A DNA stretch of 64,000 bases from the human T2T-CHM13v2.0 reference genome, Homo sapiens, in NCBI RefSeq assembly GCF_009914755.1, contig NC_060941.1. One strand, given 5' to 3'. Positions 17,980-36,893 of the stretch are shown piece after piece. Position 1 is the first letter of the stretch. Each line of letters starts with the position of its first letter. The notes beneath the pieces were generated by a model that saw only the letters and a list, made by a program, of their open reading frames with translations, searched no databases and had not been told where the DNA came from. Both the position numbers and the translations under genes were made by a program.

Positions 17980-18529
17980 TAGCTGGGATTACAGGTACCT
18001 GCCACCACACCTGCCTAAATTTTTGTATTTTTAGTAAAGACAGGTTTTCACCATGTTGGCCACGCTGGTCTCGAGTTCCTGGCCTCAAGTGATCTGCCTG
18101 CCTCAGCCTCCCAAAGTAAGTGCTGGGATTACAGGCATAAGCCACCTCACCTAGCCAAAACAAGTTTCTTTAAAAAAAAAAACCAAAAAAAAACCAAACC
18201 TATAATTTTCAAATAATTTATTGGATCTACTAAAGTAACCCTTTAATATATAAGCTGAGAAGAACCATATATGATTTGCTTCTTCACGAAGAAGTCATAT
18301 TTATACTATATGTCATTTTGTAAAAACATATACAACATATATTTATATTTTAATATATAATATAGCATTTTACAAAGTTTTTTTCCCCACAAATGATGCC
18401 TCATTTACTTCTTATAACCCATTAAGATAAAGAAAATAGTAATCTCCATTTCACTGGTAAAGAAACTGAAGCCCAGAGAATTAAGTGACTTGTCCAAGTT
18501 ACAACACTGAGTCATTTGTCAAAACACTA

Positions 18530-18814
<285 letters not shown>

Positions 18815-18956
18815 TCAGGAGTCTAGTGGTTTTTTTTTTTTCCCTCTTCTTACAAAAAGTACTTATTGCTCTTAAAATCAGAAAATGTAATACAATATTT
18901 TCATTAAAATAACTTATAGTAATCTCAAGTGTGAATCTTCTTCACACCAAAATTTA

Positions 18957-19244
<288 letters not shown>

Positions 19245-19260
19245 TCAAGAGCCTGAGTCA

Positions 19261-19380
<120 letters not shown>

Positions 19381-20295
19381 TCAAAATAAAGACATTCCCA
19401 AATAAACAGAAGCTGAGAGAATTTACTGCCAGCAGACCTGTCTTACAAGAAATACAAAGGATAGCTCTTCAGACCAAAAGTAACTAACTCCAAATAGTAA
19501 TCCCAATCTGTAAAGATAATTACAAAACACAAACTGTATATTTCTTCTGTTAACTGATTTTAAAAAGCAACTGTATAAAACATGTATACAGTTGCACTGT
19601 CAGGTCTATAGCATATAGAAATGTAATGTTCATTTATTTACTTTTTTTTTTTTTTGGAGACGGAATCTCACTCTGTCGCCAGGCTGGAGTGCATTGGCAC
19701 GATCTCAGCTCACTGCAACCTCTGCCTCCTGATTCTCCTGCCTCAGCCTCTCGAGTAGCTGGGATTACAGGTGCGTGCCACCACGCCCAGCTAATTTTTG
19801 TATTTTTAGTAGAGACAGGGTTTCATCATGTTGGCCAGGATGGTCTCGATCTCTTGACCTTGTGATCCGCCCGCCTTGGCCTCTCAAACTGCTGGGATTA
19901 CAGGCGTGAGCCACTGCGCCCAGCCTTAGTTTTTATTTTTTTAGAGACAGGGTCTCCACCTGTCACCCAGGCTGAAGGGCACTGGTGTGACCATAGCTCA
20001 CTGCAGCCTGGAACTCCTGAGCTCAAGTGATCCTCCTGCCTCGGCCTTCCACAGTGTTGGGATTACAGGCGTGAGCCACTGCACCCAGCCAGAAATATAT
20101 TTGATAATAAGAACATAAAGGAGTCAGATGGGAGTAAAACTATATTAGAGTAAGGAAGTGACACCAGATGGTAACTCAAATCCACAAAAACACACCAAGA
20201 TAACCAGAAATGATAAGTAAGAAAGTTAATATAACAAACTATAAATACATACTTGCTTTCTTATCTCAGCTTCTTTTCAAAGACATAAAATTACA
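19381..20295 (+). mobile_element. Old L1M ORF1-end fragment split by minus-strand Alus (~19642-20090)
   Basis: aagacattcccaaataaacagaagctgagagaatttactgccagcagacctg. Confidence 0.6.
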
Positions 20296-20298
20296 AAC

Positions 20299-24990
<4,692 letters not shown>

Positions 24991-24994
24991 GACC

Positions 24995-25229
24995 CAAAAG
25001 CCCTCATGAATGGATTAATGCCATTATAAAAGGGCTTGAGGTCAAAGGACAAGCCCTCTTCTGCCCTTCTGCCTTCCATTATGTGATGATGCAGCAAGAC
25101 TGTCACCAGATCAAGTGCCTTGAACTTGGACTTTCAGCCTCCAGAATGGTAAGAAAGTAAATTTCTGTTCATCATAAATTACGCAGTCTCAGATGTTCTG
25201 TTATAGCAGCACAAAATGGACTAAGACAG
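24995..25229 (+). mobile_element. MaLR LTR 3' part (MST/MLT1A-like)
   Basis: Ends ...ttatagcagcacaaaatggactaagaca and contains cttggactttcagcctccagaa. Confidence 0.7.
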
Positions 25230-25624
25230 ATTTCAATATTCACTAAAGTGATCTAATAATGCAATCTCCACCAAAAACCCGGCCAGTCTCTCAGAGCTTG
25301 CAGTGAGCCAAGATGATGCCACTGCACTCTAGCCTGGGCGACAGAGCGAGACTCCGTCTCAAAAAAACACAAAAAAACAAACAAAAAAAAACCCAGCCAG
25401 TCTCTCTACAGAAACTGACAAGATGATGCAAAAATTCATATGGAAACTCAAGGCACCCCTAATAACCAAAACAGTCTTGAAAAAGAACAAAAAAGAAAAA
25501 CTCGTATTTCCTGATTTCAAAACTTAAGACAAAGCTACAGTAATCAAGGCAGTATGGTACCAGCATAAATTGACATATAGATCAGTGAAATAGTTAAGAG
25601 TCCAGAAATAAACATATTTATAGT

Positions 25625-25999
25625 TGTATTAGTTCATTTTCATACTGCTATAAATAACTGCCCGAGACTGGGAAATTTATAAAGGAAAGAGGTTTAATTG
25701 ACTCACAGTTAAGAATGGCTGGGAAGGCCTCAGGAAACTTACGATTACAGTGGAAGGCAAAGGGGAAGCAAGGCACTTTCTTGACAAGGCAGCAGGAAGG
25801 AGAAATGCCAAGCAAAGCGGGGAAGAGCCCCTTATAAAACCATCATATCTCGTGAGAACTCACTATCATGAGAACATCATGGGGGAAACTGCCCCCATGA
25901 TTCAATTACCTCCACCTGGCTCTCCCCTGACACATGGAAATTATGGGAATTACAATTCAAGATGAGATTTGGGTGGGGACACAAAACCTAACCCTATCA
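25625..25999 (-). mobile_element. Solo MaLR LTR, THE1D-like
   Basis: Full-length match to the reverse complement of a THE1-type consensus (tgtattagt...accctatca). 5-bp TSD atagt/atggt inside an L1 ORF2 fragment. Confidence 0.85.
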
Positions 26000-26880
26000 A
26001 TGGTCAACCGAGTTTTGACAAGGCTAGCAAAACAACACAACAGGGAAAGAATAGTCTTCAATGGTGCTGCGACCACTGAATAGCCCATCCAAAAGAATAA
26101 AGCTGGATCCCTTCACCACATCATCCATATGAATTAAGTCAAACTGGACCACAGACATAAGCATAAGAGCTACATCTTACACTTTTAAAATTAGAATTAT
26201 AAAACTCTTGGAAGAAAATACAGAGTTAGGCAAGGTCCAGATGCAATTTAAGAAGGAGTGTATAGGGAAACCCAAAGACAACCGGAGAGACAAAAACAAG
26301 GATACCAGAGAAAATTTTAGCCTCTGATACCTACAGCTACAGCAAACACTAAATAAAGCTTAACTCCTGGCCAGATAAACAAAAAACCTCACACTAAAGG
26401 CCTATTTAACTCAGTTTTTAAACAAAGTACATCATACCCAGCCTCAATTAAAAGGCATGCTAAAAGGCAAAAGTACAGTTTGAAAAGAGAGAGCAAATCA
26501 AACATCAGAACCAGACTCACATATGGCAGAGATACTGGAATTGTTTAATACCACACTGGGAATTTAAAGTAACGATAATTAATATACTAAGGGCTCTAAT
26601 GGAAAAAGTGGACAACATGCAAGAACAGATAGGTAATACAGACAGAGAGATGGAAACTCAGAGTCAAAAGGAAATGCTAAAAATCAAAATCACAGTAACA
26701 GAAACAAAGAATGCCTTTGATGGACTCATCAGTAGACTGGACTTTGCCAAGGAAAGAATCAGTGAGATTGAAGATATGTGAATATCTTCCTGAAACTTCC
26801 TGAACTAAAAAGCAAAGAGAAATAAGAATGAAAGAAGAAGAAGAAGAAAAAAAGAACAGACTAAGAACAATGGAGCCAGT

Positions 26881-26918
26881 GCCCAGCTAGCTCAGTCAGT
26901 AGAGCATGAGACTTTTAA
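26881..26918 (+). pseudogene. 5'-half tRNA-Lys(CTT-like) retropseudogene, tailless, with TSD
   Basis: gcccagctagctcagtcagtagagcatgagacttttaa versus tRNA-Lys-CTT GCCCGGCTAGCTCAGTCGGTAGAGCATGAGACTCTTAA (35/38). Flanked by aagaacaatg(g)agcca direct repeats. Confidence 0.88.
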
Positions 26919-27553
26919 GAACAATGAGCCAACTATAAGAGTAGAACATATACTTAACGGGAATACCAGAAGAATGAGAGAGAGAAGCAGAAGAAACATT
27001 CAAAGCAGTAATGGCTGAAAAACTTCCAAAATTAATGACAGAACAAAACCACGGACCTAGGAAACAGAAAACACCAAGCAGAATGAATATGAAAAAATCT
27101 GCACCTAAGCATATCATATTCAAACTTCGGAGAATCAAAGACAGAGAAAATTTTGAAAGAAGCCAAGGACAAAAACACACCTCACCTACAGAGAACAAGG
27201 GTAAGAATTACATCAGACTTCTCTTTAGAAACTATGCAGGGAAGAAGATAGTACAGTGAAATATTAAATCCTACAGTATTCTCTTTGGATTAGAAAGAAA
27301 CGATGCTGGCTCAGATATTTCCTCCTTTGGATGCTCATGGGGAAAATTAAAAAGTCATAGAGAAAAAAAAAAAAACAAGGAGATTACAATAGTGATTCTC
27401 AAATCTGGGTGTCCACAATAATCACCTGGGAGTGTATTACACATGTTGATTCCTAAAAACCCCCAGAACACTTTGGGAGGCTGAGATGGGTGGATCACGA
27501 GGTCAGGAGATCGAGACCATCCTGGCTAACATGGTGAAACCCTGTCTCTACTA

Positions 27554-27709
<156 letters not shown>

Positions 27710-27984
27710 TCATCTCCCAAAAAAAAAACCCAGAAAATTTAAGCAAGCAAGTCTGGAATACGGAATTACAGTCTAGAATCTCCATTTTGTTTTTGTTTTT
27801 TGACACACAGGCCAAGTAATCTAGATATACATGGGTGGTCATGAACATACAGTCTCTGGAGCAACTCCGAAAGGTTCAGGGGTCTCAGTGACCTATGGGT
27901 CTTTATAAAATCCAGTTGCTGTAAAGTAAATGCTCAGGAGTACATGTAGGTTTAGGCCAACTTCGACCAGTATTACCCTACTGA

Positions 27985-28016
<32 letters not shown>

Positions 28017-28237
28017 CATCAGAACTCCTTCCATTAGTAACGCACAGGCTGCTGCTCATCAAGATACTGAATAAGGTCCTATTCTGAATGGGCTACTGAG
28101 AAGGAAGATGAGAGGATAGGGATGGCATCCAGAACTATGAAATAATACATTTGTGTTGTTTTATGCCACCAAGCATGTGATGATTTGTTACAACAGCAGT
28201 AAGAAACAAATGCATATGCTAGCAAATTACCTGCCTA

Positions 28238-28408
<171 letters not shown>

Positions 28409-28732
28409 TTAAAACTAGAAGGGTTAATAGGAAGTTAGAGAATGAGAAAACAAGAAATAGATACCAAACAATTCAGGGTAGAGATAAACTTCAATAATAC
28501 AAATAAAGGACAGAAATAGAATATTCAAAAAGTTCAGGAAGAACTATGTACTTACATAGTTACAGGAAGCATCTGTGGTTTTCAGAGATTCTAAATGTAC
28601 GTGGTACATATCAATAACCATATGGCATAAATCACCCGCTACACTAATGTAGTCTTGCTGCTTTTATAACAGAAATCTATGTTCTACTATTACAGTTTTC
28701 ATGTTTAATGCTAGAATGGAAACAGTCTTTTA

Positions 28733-28921
<189 letters not shown>

Positions 28922-29017
28922 CTAAAGAGACATATATATATATATATGTAAACTAGTTAATACGATGCATGAACTATTCAGTACTGGCAGGTTTGTGTGA
29001 CCCAGTAGTCAGGAGCA

Positions 29018-29444
29018 TGTAGGAGATAGGTCGGGTGGTGGGAAAAATTGTAGAAAGATGCAAACCTTCTTGGAAGGCCGGGAGGTTTTACAAAAGTTAG
29101 GATTTGGCTGAAGGCAACCAGATTCTCTTATCTGGTTCCTGAAAGCTTAGGTTAGATAACAAGGGGATGTAAAAAAACTGATCTAGATAAGTTAGTTTAC
29201 TTAGGCCTTGGAACCTGGCCTTTAATCATCCATGCACAATTACTTACAAGTATGTTGACTCAAGGCCTTTGTCATTAAATCTGTACTAAATAAATGCCTG
29301 CAGCACCAGCATGTCAGGGCTGTGGCTGCTACAACTCTTTCTGTGAACGGCCCGGTCCCCTAGCCCGCTCCTTCACTGGATGTCTGTGTTGGAGTGCATT
29401 TTTTCATCCATTACTTGGTCAGGGTCTGCGGGTGAGACCTGGCA
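29018..29444 (+). mobile_element. Solo ERV LTR, LTR22 family (HERV-K HML-5)
   Basis: TG...CA termini (tgtaggagataggtcgggtggtggg ... gggtgagacctggca), internal AATAAA, 6-bp TSD ggagca/ggagta. Inserted into a MIR. Confidence 0.8.
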
Positions 29445-29819
29445 GGAGTATAGACTCTGGAGTCAGTCAAACCCACTGGCAGCTCTATTTACAGCTTGTG
29501 TGACCTTGCACAATTAATTTAAACTCTCTAAGCCTCAATTTCCTTTTTTCAGGATTAAATGGGATCATACACAAAAAGCATTCTGCAAATAAAGTACTTA
29601 CGCTGCATCTGGTACACAGAAAGTGCTCATTATATTATAGCTATTATTGTCCAGGAGCAGTGGCTCATACCTGTAATTCTAGCATTTTGGGAGACTGAGG
29701 CAGGCAGATCACTTGAGGCCAGGAGTTAAAGACCAGCCTGGCCAACATGGTGAAATCCCATCTCTACTAAAAATACAAAAAAAATTAGCTGGGCATGGTG
29801 GCACATGCCTGTAATCTCA

Positions 29820-29990
<171 letters not shown>

Positions 29991-29993
29991 CTA

Positions 29994-30479
<486 letters not shown>

Positions 30480-31580
30480 TCATCCTTTGCAAAACAAGTC
30501 CATTGTTCGTATTCTCAGGAGACAGAATTTAATGATTACAGGTTATTAGCTGTTTTTAATCAGTAGATAGCAAATAACTCAGATTAATGCAAGGTCTGAC
30601 TAGCACCAAAGAGAACAATATCGTTAATGATTAAAGTTAATGAATACAACAAAAACCTACATTGAACAGGAAGATTGTTACTCTATATGAATACATACCT
30701 GGATAAATCTATGTAATTATTCTCTTTTCTCACACAGCAACTAAAAGAAAACTCGAACTAACTCAAAATAACTCCTTATTCAAAAAAACAAAATAAACAA
30801 ATATATATAACGTGTAGGAAAGAAGATCATAAGATAACAGACCTTTCTGAGATTTTACTTTGTGTAAAAATAACAAGCATGTGGATTTTCTGTACTTTGT
30901 CCATTAAATTACACACTTAAAACCGAAAGCATCCATATTCTCACAAAGATAACACTTGCCTGCAGATATCCTTGCCTCTTCAGGGGACACCAAATCAAGA
31001 GCCTAAGAGGTCCCTGTTTCCCCCCTACAAACCTTGCTGTTTCCAACCCAAGGTCCACTAATCCTTGACTCCAGTTACACACTCTTTGGAGTTTCTTAGA
31101 AGCCAAACTAGCAAGAATAATATAAAGGGCGTGCAAATATTCTTAGTGACCTAACCATCATTCTTCTAAAAACAGAAACCAACAGAAGCTTTGCTATTGA
31201 CCACTTCTGGCTTCATCTCTTTCCAAACCTGATATTTAATTTTACTGCCCTTTATAAAAATAAATTTGTGTTAAAATCTTATGGTCTGAATAAAGTTATT
31301 TAAGCTTTGTTAAAGAGTGCTTTTCTAAGTAACACAGGATTCCTTTAACTGGCCAACTCCTTAAATATCCATACAACAGAATTTAACTTATAAAGTGTCT
31401 TTAACTTATAAAGACATGATTCACACATATCTTTTCAGGCAAATACATATAATTTTTAAAATCTATATTATTTTATCTGATGCTGACTCATGGCTCTTAC
31501 CAAAAATGGTATTAATCAGCCGGGCATGGTGGCTCACACCTGTAATCCCAGCACTTTGGGAGGCCGAGGCGGGTGTATCA

Positions 31581-31817
<237 letters not shown>

Positions 31818-32108
31818 TTATTAATCAATAGTATTAAAGTAATAAAATTTCACTCCATAAATAAATTTCATTATCTATGTGAAAATAACCAAAACTTAGC
31901 CAAGTTATTTAATTTCTAAGACTTATTTTCATTAAGGAATCTCATATCCAAAAGGAGGTAGTAGATTAGCTTTATGACATATTAAACCACATTAGACCAA
32001 GATTCTAAAAATCAGGATGGCAGAGGAGATATTTCATATCAATTCTGTTCTTTGATAAAACTAGAAAAACACAACTCAAATCCATTTATAATACAATTCA
32101 AATTATTA

Positions 32109-32258
<150 letters not shown>

Positions 32259-32529
32259 TCAAAAACCAATAAAAGATGGCAACAGGCAACACATGCACAA
32301 ATTGCACAGTAAACTACTGGTTAGAAAATTTTAAGTAACAAACGTTTAGTTCAACTAACATTTACTGGACAACCAATCCGCTGGGTGCTGCACACTAAGA
32401 TAAAAAGTATCATATAATCTGCCTTGAAATAAGAACATTAGGGGAAGAAAAACCACATAAACAAATAAATGCTCCTAACAGGTATGTCCATAAGACAGGT
32501 AAGCACAAAGAGTTTGTACAAAGTGTCCG

Positions 32530-32949
32530 GGCTTGTGGAGCTGCAGGGCACAGCTAACAGAGAGCCCCAGCTGCAGTCCCTCTGGTGCCAAGGCTAGGCT
32601 TCCCCCAGGGCTGTTCCCAGCCAATGACTGCATATGGTGGGACACTAATTCAGGCTTGTTGAAGCGGGTCAGGGAATTCCTCTAACAAGACAATCCAGTG
32701 CTTGGGGCTACTTCTTCAGTCTGGCTGAAACCTTCTCAGACCTACACCACAGTCTGAGACTCTTCCTGGCCAGCTCTTCCTCCTTCCTGCCCTCCTTTTC
32801 CAGGTGTTGGACCTATGTCTTGGTCTGAGGGCCCTCCCTGCTTCCTCCTGCTCCTCCCCTTCATTCTTCACAGAAGTTTCCCCAAGTCACTCTCTTGTAT
32901 ATCTAATATGTTCTATGCATCCATTTCTCTGAGAATTAAAACTAACACA
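32530..32949 (+). mobile_element. ERVL-type LTR (LTR16-like)
   Basis: Contains cccagccaatgactg and ctgaaaccttctcaga, and ends ...aactaacaca. Confidence 0.6.
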
Positions 32950-34409
32950 GAGAGAGAGAGTTAGGGAAGGCTTCAGGCAGTTTAAGCAGATGAGAAACAT
33001 GTCTATATCAAGAGGGCTCATTCCAAGGGATTAAGCAGCGGGCAGAGATCAGATCCTTAGGGAAGGGCTTTATCCTTGTGTGCAAGGATGAGATTTGGAC
33101 CTTATCTTTGGAGACCTTGAAGTACCTCAGGGGCTGCTACAGGGGTGAGAAAGGGCCAAAATTTTATTTAAAGATTTTTTATCTAAAAACAGCTTTGAAA
33201 CCATTGCAACAGGTAATGTGGCAATTTAAACTTCTTTCTTTTTCTTAACACTGTCATTGTGTGTTTTGTCTTGTTTTAAACAGGGCTCCTGAGGAAAGCC
33301 CTTCTCTTTGTCTCTGGAGACTTCTTCCTGTTCCATCTTAGTGTTACTTCAGCAGTTCTGACTGAAGGTGGGGCCCTCTCCTGGAAGTATTTTTTTTACA
33401 GTTTTGAGATTTGCCACCCCCAGGCCCTGCGTGCACCACCTGTTCTTCCCACCACCTCAGTGCTGCCTCTCATACAGCTGCTGTAGTCTCAATGGCTTTG
33501 GCTCTCTCACACATATTTCTGCAGTTTGAGCTTTTATTTCTGTCCCTTGGTTTCACTGAAGATATGGTACATGGTTTGTTTTTCCTTTTGGTAGGGTTTT
33601 TGTTGTTTCTGGTGTTTTGTTTGTATTGGCATTCTCCTTATTACGGTACCAGGAGAAGTGGGAAGATCTGTAACAAAGCTGCCACCACATGCCTACCAGA
33701 ACTGGAAGGTTTCTGGTAATTGTGACCCAGAGCTGCTATACAGTAATCCTTATAAGTATGAGTGATAAGTAGAAAAGGCATTTTATGCACTTCAACCTAG
33801 GGTTTCTGACTTTGCATTTAGAGCCCAATCCCAAAGGAGATGCTTTTTATACATAAATTACATTTATATTATTGTATTTCCAGTAGAGATCCTAACAAAT
33901 TTATACAGAGATTCTCAAAAAGAAGTTGGGGCCGGGCGCGGTGGCTCACACCTATAATCCCAGCACTTTGGAAGGCCAAGGCGAGTGGATGCTTGAGCCC
34001 AGGTGCTCGAGACCAGCCTGGGTAACATAGTGAAACTTTGTCTCTGTAAAAATAAAAAAGTAAAAAAAATTAGCTGGGTGTGGTGGCATGCGCCTGTAGT
34101 TCCAGCTACTTGGGAGACTGAGGTGAAAAGATCCTTTGAACCTGGGAAGCAGAGGCTGCAGTGAGCCGAGATCATGCCCCCTGCACTCCAGCCTGGGCGA
34201 CAGAGTGAGACCTTGTCTCAAATAGAGAAAGAAAAGGAAAAAGAAAAGAAAAGAGGGAGTTGGGATTGGGGTAAAGATGGAGGGACGGGGTATGGCCTCC
34301 AATCAGCTGAGAATCACTGCCATCATGAGCCGAAGTTCCTAAAGAAAATGTGTCATGTCAGATTTATTACAGTGAAAAAAAGGTTGAAAACAACTGTTTT
34401 TAAACTCTA

Positions 34410-34607
<198 letters not shown>

Positions 34608-34899
34608 TTATTCCTGCATTTTCTGAAACTTCCTAACAATATGCCACGGAGTAGTTTTCAAAAATATGTAATACAGTCACATGGAACAATTATAAGATGC
34701 ATAAAAAGAGTGAGGTCTCCCTCTCATTTTTCTATTCTATCTGCCTAATTCCCAACACTTCCCCAATTCTGTTCAAAAGGTTACCATGATTCTTAGTTTC
34801 TAGTATATCCTTCCAGAGTTCCTTAATGCATATACAAAATAAACTAAATATATACTCCTTTTCACCATGTTTTAACACCAAAGGTGATATATTACATAT

Positions 34900-36217
34900 C
34901 AATCATTTTGAATCCTTTTGGTCTTAGGTCCTGTTTATACTCTTAAAAATTACTGAAGACCCCAGAGAGTTCTGTTTATGTAATTTATATCTATTGATAT
35001 TTACTGTATTCAAAATTAAGCTGAGAATTTTTAAGAATTATTAACTCATTAATAAGCTTATTCCATGTAATATAAGATTATGAAAAATAAGCATATTTTC
35101 CAAAACAAAATAAATTAGTAAGAAGCATGGCATTATTTTATATATTTTTATAAATTTCTAATGGCTCACAGAAGACATTTGGATTCTCATAATTGCTTCT
35201 GCATTCAATCTGTTGTAAGATACGTTATTTTGAGTGAAGAATATGAAGAGGATCCAGCCTTCCACAGATGTGTAACTGTGAAAGGAAGGAATATTTTGGT
35301 AGCCTTTTCAGGTTAACTGTGACACGTTTCTTTGATACTACACCAAAACTCAGCAAGTGGTCGTTGCTAAAAGGTTGGCTGCAATGTGGATCTGAAACCA
35401 GATTAATGAACTCATACTCCATTATGTGAGACTCCATTCTTTTGCAAAGAATCTTGCACTTTGAATGAAATTTTTACCTCTGCATGATTTTTTTTAACCA
35501 TTCAGTAATCTGGAAAACATTGGTTCACTGAGTTATGCAGATATTCCAATGCTGATACATTAAACAATATCAAAAAGTCATATTCATAACAAAATATCAC
35601 CCTCAATTTTAAAAGAAACACCTGTCAAGGTATAACAGAAGCTGTCAAACTTGTATTCACCACTGAATTTTTCCAACATTCCAATTTTTGCTTAAAAGCT
35701 CAAGTTTTATCATCACTTGTTTTCTTCAAAGTGGAAAGACTTACCATTTTTGACAAAATAGCTGCTTGATACCCATAACCATAGTTTATCAGCCATTTTT
35801 TAAGATAAAAAGGGTATTCTATGACAAAGCAGCTAGCTCAACTTGGAACTCGAACAATCATACAATGCTTTTCCTAAGATAACTACTCTAATATGTGGCA
35901 AAAGTGCTTTATGTGTACATCTCACTCAAAGATTTTTTCAAAGAAAAATATTAATTTTTACTGCCTCATTAAGGACATTCTTTTGTACTGCAAGTGTGTA
36001 GTGGAGAAGAATACAAAGACTAATAGTACTGTTTGGGTACCACCACCCTGATTCAGGCAAAGGTACCAATAGCTTTATCCATCTTTGCATTTTGTACTAT
36101 CAGTGCATGTATCAATGTAATGAAAAAAGCAAATAACGTCTAATTTTTATTATGAAAATAGTTTTGACCTCATGGACCCTCTGAAGGGATCCACAGACTA
36201 AACTTTGAGAACCACTG
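34900..36217. mobile_element. hAT-Charlie DNA transposon (Charlie1-like), ~1.3 kb
   Basis: Begins cttttggtcttagg..actcttaaaaattactgaagaccccagagag and ends ctttgagaaccactg. Confidence 0.7.
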
Positions 36218-36710
36218 TACAATATACTGTTAATCACTTTACTTTTTTCATTTTATAATATAACTTGGAAATCTTTCTATCTTGGCACAGAGGGAACTCC
36301 TTCACTCTTTGTGGAATGGAAGGTGTGTAATATTCCATTATCAGAGATGGATCCTAATAAATTAGTTCATTACCAGTGGCCACTTGGCTTATTTTTCATC
36401 CTTTGGTATCGTAACAGTTAACAACTTTGTGTAAATGCAATTTCATACACAGGAGAGGCCTGTATATGTAGACTATGTCCATGACATACATATATGTAGA
36501 ATTAGTTACCAGAAGTCAAAGTGCTATTTCCTCCCTCCACTCTATTGGGTGCTCTGAGATTTAGGTCTCTCTGAGGGTACTGTGGGGCACAGTGATTCTC
36601 CTTATGTCAGAATCCCTGATTACGTGCATACTTATGTCTGCCGTGCTAAATCAAGTACCATTCTTCTATCCCCTTCTGTTTTCCAGAAATTTACTGAACT
36701 CTCTCTCTCA

Positions 36711-36893
<183 letters not shown>

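Larger units (their letters stand above)
25230..27260 (+). mobile_element. Degraded L1M fragments: ORF2 piece ~25230-26230 and ORF1 piece ~26280-27260
   Basis: L1 motifs such as aaagctacagtaatcaag and ccagaaataaac. ORFs 26599..26781 and 27011..27259 resemble L1 ORF1p (NAFDGLISRLD; APKHIIFKL). Confidence 0.75.

Noticed and set aside
26881-26918. Functional tRNA gene
   Set aside because: Only the 5' half is present, with no T-arm, B-box or 3' acceptor strand. Reported as a retropseudogene instead.
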